From assembly GCF_003856635.1 (NCBI RefSeq), contig NZ_CP023853.1: DNA of 24,000 bases, one strand, 5' to 3'. The first letter of the stretch is position 1. Every line of letters starts with the position of its first letter. The notes beneath the pieces were generated by a model, which saw only the letters and a list, made by a program, of their open reading frames with translations, did no database searches and was not told where the DNA came from. The translations under genes were made by a program, and so were the position numbers. This document shows positions 18,659 to 24,000 of this stretch, in pieces. The stretch is from Escherichia coli (GTDB lineage Bacteria; Pseudomonadota; Gammaproteobacteria; Enterobacterales; Enterobacteriaceae).

Positions 18659-19126
18659 ATGAGTCGTCGCGCAGGTACGCCAACAGCAAAAAAAGTGACG
18701 CAGTTAGTGAACGTGGAAGAGCACGTTGAAGGGTTCCGCCAGGTCAGAGAGGCGCATCGGCGCGAGCTTATTGATGATTATGTTGAGCTGATTTCTGACT
18801 TGATCAGGGAAGTGGGGGAAGCTCGTCAGGTAGACATGGCTGCTCGTCTGGGGGTTTCGCAACCGACGGTGGCTAAAATGCTTAAGCGACTGGCAACCAT
18901 GGGGCTGATTGAAATGATCCCCTGGCGTGGCGTGTTTTTAACGGCAGAAGGAGAGAAGCTGGCGCAGGAAAGCCGCGAGCGACATCAGATAGTCGAAAAT
19001 TTCTTGTTGGTGTTGGGCGTCAGTCCGGAAATCGCCCGTCGCGACGCGGAAGGTATGGAGCACCATGTTAGTGAAGAGACGCTGGATGCCTTTCGTTTGT
19101 TTACCCAGAAACACGGTGCCAAATGA
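18659..19126 (+). CDS. mntR: Manganese-responsive transcriptional regulator MntR
   Basis: [78 protein letters not shown]... Confidence 0.97.
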
Positions 19127-20241
19127 GCCTGCCTTTTTTACGCACGCTGCAAGGCGATCGTTTTTTTCAGTTATTAATTCTTGTTGGCATCGGATTAAGT
19201 TTTTTCGTTCCCTTTGCACCGAAATCCTGGCCTGCTGCTATCGACTGGCACACCATCATCACCTTAAGCGGCCTGATGCTGCTGACTAAAGGTGTCGAGT
19301 TAAGCGGTTATTTTGATGTGCTGGGGCGCAAAATGGTGCGCCGTTTTGCTACGGAGCGTCGGCTGGCGATGTTTATGGTACTGGCGGCGGCGCTGCTTTC
19401 TACCTTTCTGACCAACGATGTCGCGCTGTTTATAGTTGTTCCGCTGACTATCACGCTAAAAAGACTGTGTGAGATCCCGGTTAATCGGCTGATTATTTTT
19501 GAGGCGCTGGCAGTCAATGCTGGTTCGCTACTGACGCCAATTGGCAACCCGCAAAATATTCTTATCTGGGGACGTTCTGGTCTTTCGTTTGCCGGATTTA
19601 TTGCCCAAATGGCACCGCTGGCTGGCGCAATGATGCTGACACTCCTGCTGTTGTGCTGGTGTTGTTTCCCTGGAAAGGCGCTGCAGTACCATACAGGAGG
19701 GCAAACGCCGGAGTGGAAACCGCGGCTGGTGTGGAGTTGTCTGGGGCTGTATATCGTCTTTCTGACGGCGCTGGAGTTAAAACAAGAGCTGTGGGGACTG
19801 GTGATTGTGGCGGCGGGCTTTGCGCTGCTGGCGCGTCGCGTGGTGCTCAGTGTGGACTGGACGCTGCTGCTGGTGTTTATGGCGATGTTTATCGACGTCC
19901 ATTTACTAACCCAACTGCCAGTTTTGCAGGAGGTGTTAAGTAACGTGAGTCATTTATCCGAACCCGGATTATGGCTAACGGCGATCGGTTTATCGCAGGT
20001 GATCAGTAACGTGCCGAGTACCATTTTGCTGCTCAATTATGTGCCACCGTCTTTATTACTGGCATGGGCGGTAAACGTAGGTGGCTTTGGTTTATTACCC
20101 GGATCGCTGGCAAATTTGATTGCGTTACGGATGGCGAACGATCGCCGTATCTGGTGGCGTTTTCATCTTTATTCGATACCGATGCTGTTGTGGGCGGCGC
20201 TGGTGGGATATGTTTTGTTGGTTATGATCCCGGCGGGATAA
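19123..20241 (+). CDS. ybiR: Putative transporter YbiR (anion permease / citrate-type fold)
   Basis: [53 protein letters not shown]...; ATG overlaps mntR stop. Confidence 0.95.
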
Positions 20242-20253
20242 GGTCTGTCAAAT

Positions 20254-20282
20254 TAAAAAGGCGGATTATGAGTCCGCCTTTG
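20254..20282. terminator. Bidirectional terminator between ybiR and ldtB
   Basis: AAAAAGGCGGATTATGAGTCCGCCTTTG hairpin between convergent genes. Confidence 0.8.
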
Positions 20283-20298
20283 CTTTACGTTTTGAAGA

Positions 20299-21219
20299 TT
20301 AATTCAGACGAACCGGCATCCCGGAACGATTTTTGATCGCTTCATCCAGAACAACCTGGTCAACATCTGGCTGACCGGTCACTGTCTGCACGCTCTTCGT
20401 CAGGGTAATTGGCACAATTTCCTGACCTTCAAACTGGGCTTCGGTGGTAGACAGCGGGTTATGGACTTCAATATAACGGCTGCCGTCTGGCTCGGTGGTC
20501 GCTTTTACCGGCTCATCAATAAACTGTACGCGGGTACCGACCGGTACTTTCTCGAACAGGAATTTGATGTCTTCGTTACGCAGACGCACACAACCATGAC
20601 TTACACGCAGGCCGATACCGAAGTTGGCGTTGGTGCCATGGATAGCGTACAGGCGACCGATGTAGAGTGCATACAGCCCCATCGGGTTATCCGGACCAGC
20701 CGGAACGACCGCCGGAAGCGGTTCGCCCGCAGCGCGGTACTCTGCGTGCATTTTAGCGGTCGGCGTCCAGGTCGGGCCTGCTTTTTTACGCTCAACTTTG
20801 GTGGTCCAGTTGATAGGCGTGTCTTTGCCTAACTGACCAATGCCGATCGGCAGCACGATAACGGTGTTGGTCCCTTTCGGATAGTAATACAGACGCATCT
20901 CTGCACTGTTAATGACGATGCCTTCATGAACGGTATCCGGCAGGATCAGCTGCTGCGGAATGTTCAGTACAGTACCGCCTTTCGGCAGGAAGGTATCCAC
21001 ACCCGGGTTCGCTTCCATCATATTGGAAAGTCCCATCTGGTACTCGGCGGCAAAATACTCCAGCGGCTGAGTGTTACCTTCAGGAATGGTGATCACCTGA
21101 TTCTGACCAACCAGGCGACTCCCGTCGGTTGGCAGAGGATAAGTTACCGCAGAGGCGGTACTGCAAAAGCCGACAACAGCGAAGGCCGCTGCGAATAATG
21201 TTTTCAATTTCATATTCAT
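20299..21219 (-). CDS. ldtB: L,D-transpeptidase LdtB (YbiS), links Lpp to murein
   Basis: [67 protein letters not shown]..., YkuD motif [21 protein letters not shown]. Confidence 0.97.
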
Positions 21220-21437
21220 GTTAAGCGAGATTTTGTGCCTGGCAGGCCATTGGGTTGAGAATATTAGAGTACTGGAAGCGCATTATAAGTTCATTCCAGC
21301 TCACAGTGAAATCAGATGTGTACGAAATCACATTTTTTGCCTTTGGCTTGAGTGTAGACCTTAAGCGAGGAGCAGGATCTTCTTTCAGACTTATGGCATA
21401 ATGCGCGGTTTGTCATATCTCTTTTCAGGATACGCCT

Positions 21438-23030
21438 GTGTTAGTTTCCAGTAACGTCACCATGCAGTTCGGCAGTAAGCCGTTGTTTGAAAACATTTCC
21501 GTCAAATTCGGCGGCGGCAACCGTTACGGCCTGATTGGCGCGAACGGTAGTGGTAAATCCACCTTTATGAAGATCCTCGGCGGCGACTTAGAGCCGACGT
21601 TGGGTAACGTTTCCCTCGATCCCAACGAACGCATTGGTAAGCTGCGTCAGGATCAGTTTGCCTTTGAAGAGTTCACTGTGCTGGATACGGTGATCATGGG
21701 GCATAAAGAGTTGTGGGAAGTGAAGCAGGAGCGTGACCGCATCTATGCTTTGCCGGAAATGAGTGAAGAAGACGGCTATAAAGTGGCCGATCTGGAAGTG
21801 AAATACGGCGAAATGGACGGTTACTCTGCGGAAGCTCGCGCTGGTGAACTGTTGCTTGGCGTGGGAATTCCAGTGGAACAGCACTACGGCCCGATGAGTG
21901 AAGTTGCTCCTGGCTGGAAGCTGCGTGTGCTGCTGGCTCAGGCGCTGTTTGCTGATCCCGACATTCTCCTGCTCGACGAACCGACCAACAACCTCGATAT
22001 CGACACCATTCGCTGGCTGGAACAGGTGCTGAACGAGCGTGACAGCACCATGATCATCATCTCGCACGACCGTCACTTCCTTAACATGGTTTGTACCCAC
22101 ATGGCGGATCTGGATTACGGCGAGCTGCGCGTTTATCCGGGCAACTACGATGAGTACATGACGGCGGCGACTCAGGCGCGTGAACGTCTGCTGGCTGATA
22201 ACGCGAAGAAGAAAGCGCAGATTGCTGAGTTGCAATCTTTCGTTAGCCGCTTTAGCGCCAACGCCTCGAAATCTCGCCAGGCAACTTCGCGCGCGCGCCA
22301 GATTGATAAAATCAAACTGGAAGAGGTGAAAGCTTCCAGCCGTCAGAACCCGTTCATCCGTTTTGAACAGGATAAGAAACTGTTCCGTAACGCGCTAGAA
22401 GTGGAAGGTCTGACTAAAGGGTTTGATAACGGTCCACTGTTTAAAAATCTCAACCTGCTGCTGGAAGTGGGTGAAAAACTGGCGGTACTGGGTACCAACG
22501 GCGTCGGTAAATCAACGCTGCTGAAAACGCTGGTGGGCGATCTGCAACCGGACAGCGGCACCGTAAAATGGTCTGAAAACGCGCGCATTGGTTACTACGC
22601 TCAGGACCACGAATATGAGTTTGAAAATGATCTGACCGTGTTCGAATGGATGAGTCAGTGGAAGCAGGAAGGCGATGACGAGCAGGCGGTGCGCAGTATT
22701 CTCGGTCGTTTGCTGTTCAGCCAGGACGACATCAAAAAGCCAGCTAAAGTGCTTTCCGGTGGGGAAAAAGGGCGGATGCTGTTTGGTAAGTTAATGATGC
22801 AGAAGCCGAACATTCTGATCATGGACGAACCGACCAACCACCTGGATATGGAATCCATTGAGTCGCTGAACATGGCGCTGGAACTGTATCAGGGCACGCT
22901 GATCTTTGTTTCTCACGACCGTGAGTTTGTAAGCTCCCTGGCGACCCGTATTCTGGAAATCACCCCGGAACGCGTGATCGACTTTAGCGGTAATTACGAA
23001 GATTACCTGCGTAGTAAAGGGATCGAGTAA
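21438..23030 (+). CDS. ybiT: ABC-F family ATPase YbiT
   Basis: Two ABC domains: [12 protein letters not shown] ... [11 protein letters not shown] and [12 protein letters not shown] ... [15 protein letters not shown] ... [11 protein letters not shown]. Confidence 0.97.
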
Positions 23031-23038
23031 GTTATTAT

Positions 23039-23067
23039 CAGTAGCCCTGATATGGTCAGGGCTACTG
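23039..23067. terminator. Perfect 12-bp hairpin just downstream of ybiT, probable terminator
   Basis: CAGTAGCCCTGA-tatgg-TCAGGGCTACTG; no U tract on the + strand. Confidence 0.5.
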
Positions 23068-23090
23068 AAACTGATGACAAACGCAAGATT

Positions 23091-23190
23091 GCCTGGTGCG
23101 CTACGCTTATCAGGCCTGGTAGTGTATCGCAATATATTGAATTTTCATGATTTTGTATGCCAAATAAGGCGGTCACGCCGTATCCGGTAT
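23091..23190. repeat. REP/BIME-like extragenic palindromes
   Basis: GCCTGGTGCGCTACGCTTATCAGGCCTG (23091-23118) and GCCAAATAAGGCGGTCACGCCGTATCCGG (about 23159-23187) resemble E. coli REP units. Confidence 0.72.
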
Positions 23191-23229
23191 AATGACATGC
23201 ACTTTCTCAATAAACTGAATTGGTGATAA

Positions 23230-24000
23230 TCAAAGATTAAACGGCGGTTTATTTTCCAGCACCGCCTGAATCACATTCAGCGCGCCTTCATGATTATTAT
23301 CATCGGTAGCGTAACGGGCGATTTGTTTAATGTTTTCCGCAGCATTGCTCATCGCAAAGGAATAACGCGCCATTTTCAGCATCTCCGCATCGTTACCGCT
23401 GTCGCCAATCGCTACCACATTTTGCGGTGACAGATCCCAGCGTTTCAGTAACCGCGAAATACCGTTTGCTTTATGTAGACCGGGAATAATCAAGTCGATA
23501 AAGCCAAAACCACTGGTGACGGGTTTCATAATGCCATCCAGCGTTATGTGCAGTTTGTCGATCACTAACGGGATTTGTTCATCCGGCAGGTTGAGCGAAA
23601 ACTTGAACAGTACGTCGTCAATCTCCTGATAATCTTTTACAGGTTTCAGGCGATGGTAGTGTTTTGCCATCAGTGCGACGAATGCTTCGGGGGCATTTTC
23701 GCTGACATATGCACTTTGCAGACCGCAGGCGACAAAATTGAGTTGCTTATCTTTTAGCAACTCGCCAATAACAATCCGCGATTCATGTCGGGTCAGTTCG
23801 CCGTGGAACAACTGCTTGCCATGTTCGTAAACCAGTGCGCCGTTTTCCGCGACAAAAGAGATCTCATCCTTTAGCTCAGGAAAGAACGAAATAAGCTGGT
23901 AATACTGATTACCGCTGGCGACAACGAACTCAATGCCGCGCTTTTTCAGTTCCTGATATTGCGCCATAAAACGTGGTTGGTTGTACGTTTTGGCGTCGTT
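23230..24000 (-). CDS. ybiV: HAD-family sugar phosphatase YbiV (SupH), N-terminus cut by window edge
   Basis: [61 protein letters not shown]...; frame stays open to 24000; HAD motif [14 protein letters not shown]. Confidence 0.96.
   Translation of the reverse strand, partial: NDAKTYNQPRFMAQYQELKKRGIEFVVASGNQYYQLISFFPELKDEISFVAENGALVYEHGKQLFHGELTRHESRIVIGELLKDKQLNFVACGLQSAYVSENAPEAFVALMAKHYHRLKPVKDYQEIDDVLFKFSLNLPDEQIPLVIDKLHITLDGIMKPVTSGFGFIDLIIPGLHKANGISRLLKRWDLSPQNVVAIGDSGNDAEMLKMARYSFAMSNAAENIKQIARYATDDNNHEGALNVIQAVLENKPPFNL

Noticed and set aside
22655-23132. Minus-strand ORFs opposite the end of ybiT
   Set aside because: Shadows of the ABC-F coding frame; sequence bias typical of antisense frames in conserved E. 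coli genes.

Overview
The window joins an extraintestinal-pathogenic E. coli type accessory island (about 1-12.6 kb) to ordinary E. coli chromosomal backbone (about 12.7-24 kb). The island carries the 3' end of a P-fimbrial operon (papJ C-terminus, papK, papE, papF, and a papG I recognise as class II). It then has a Hra/Hek/Tia-like outer-membrane beta-barrel gene, and a co-directional cluster of a WYL-type regulator, a Gly/Ala-rich membrane protein with coiled-coil flanks, an HNH-like protein with membrane segments, a YkgJ-like Cys-cluster protein and a small membrane protein. Next come a decayed phosphoethanolamine transferase, a TPR protein and a P4-type tyrosine recombinase. The backbone is glnH, dps, rhtA, ompX, opgE, mntS (absent from the supplied ORF track), mntR, ybiR, ldtB, ybiT and partial ybiV. 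The best candidate for an undescribed system is the WYL / coiled-coil membrane / HNH-membrane / Cys-cluster module at about 4.6-8.8 kb. Other points of interest are a triple-GATC cluster upstream of the hra-like gene (possible Dam-dependent phase variation), island DNA where glnP should follow glnH with no tRNA visible, and absence of ybiU between ybiT and ybiV with a REP/BIME-like scar. All family names come from recall and motif reading; no search was run.
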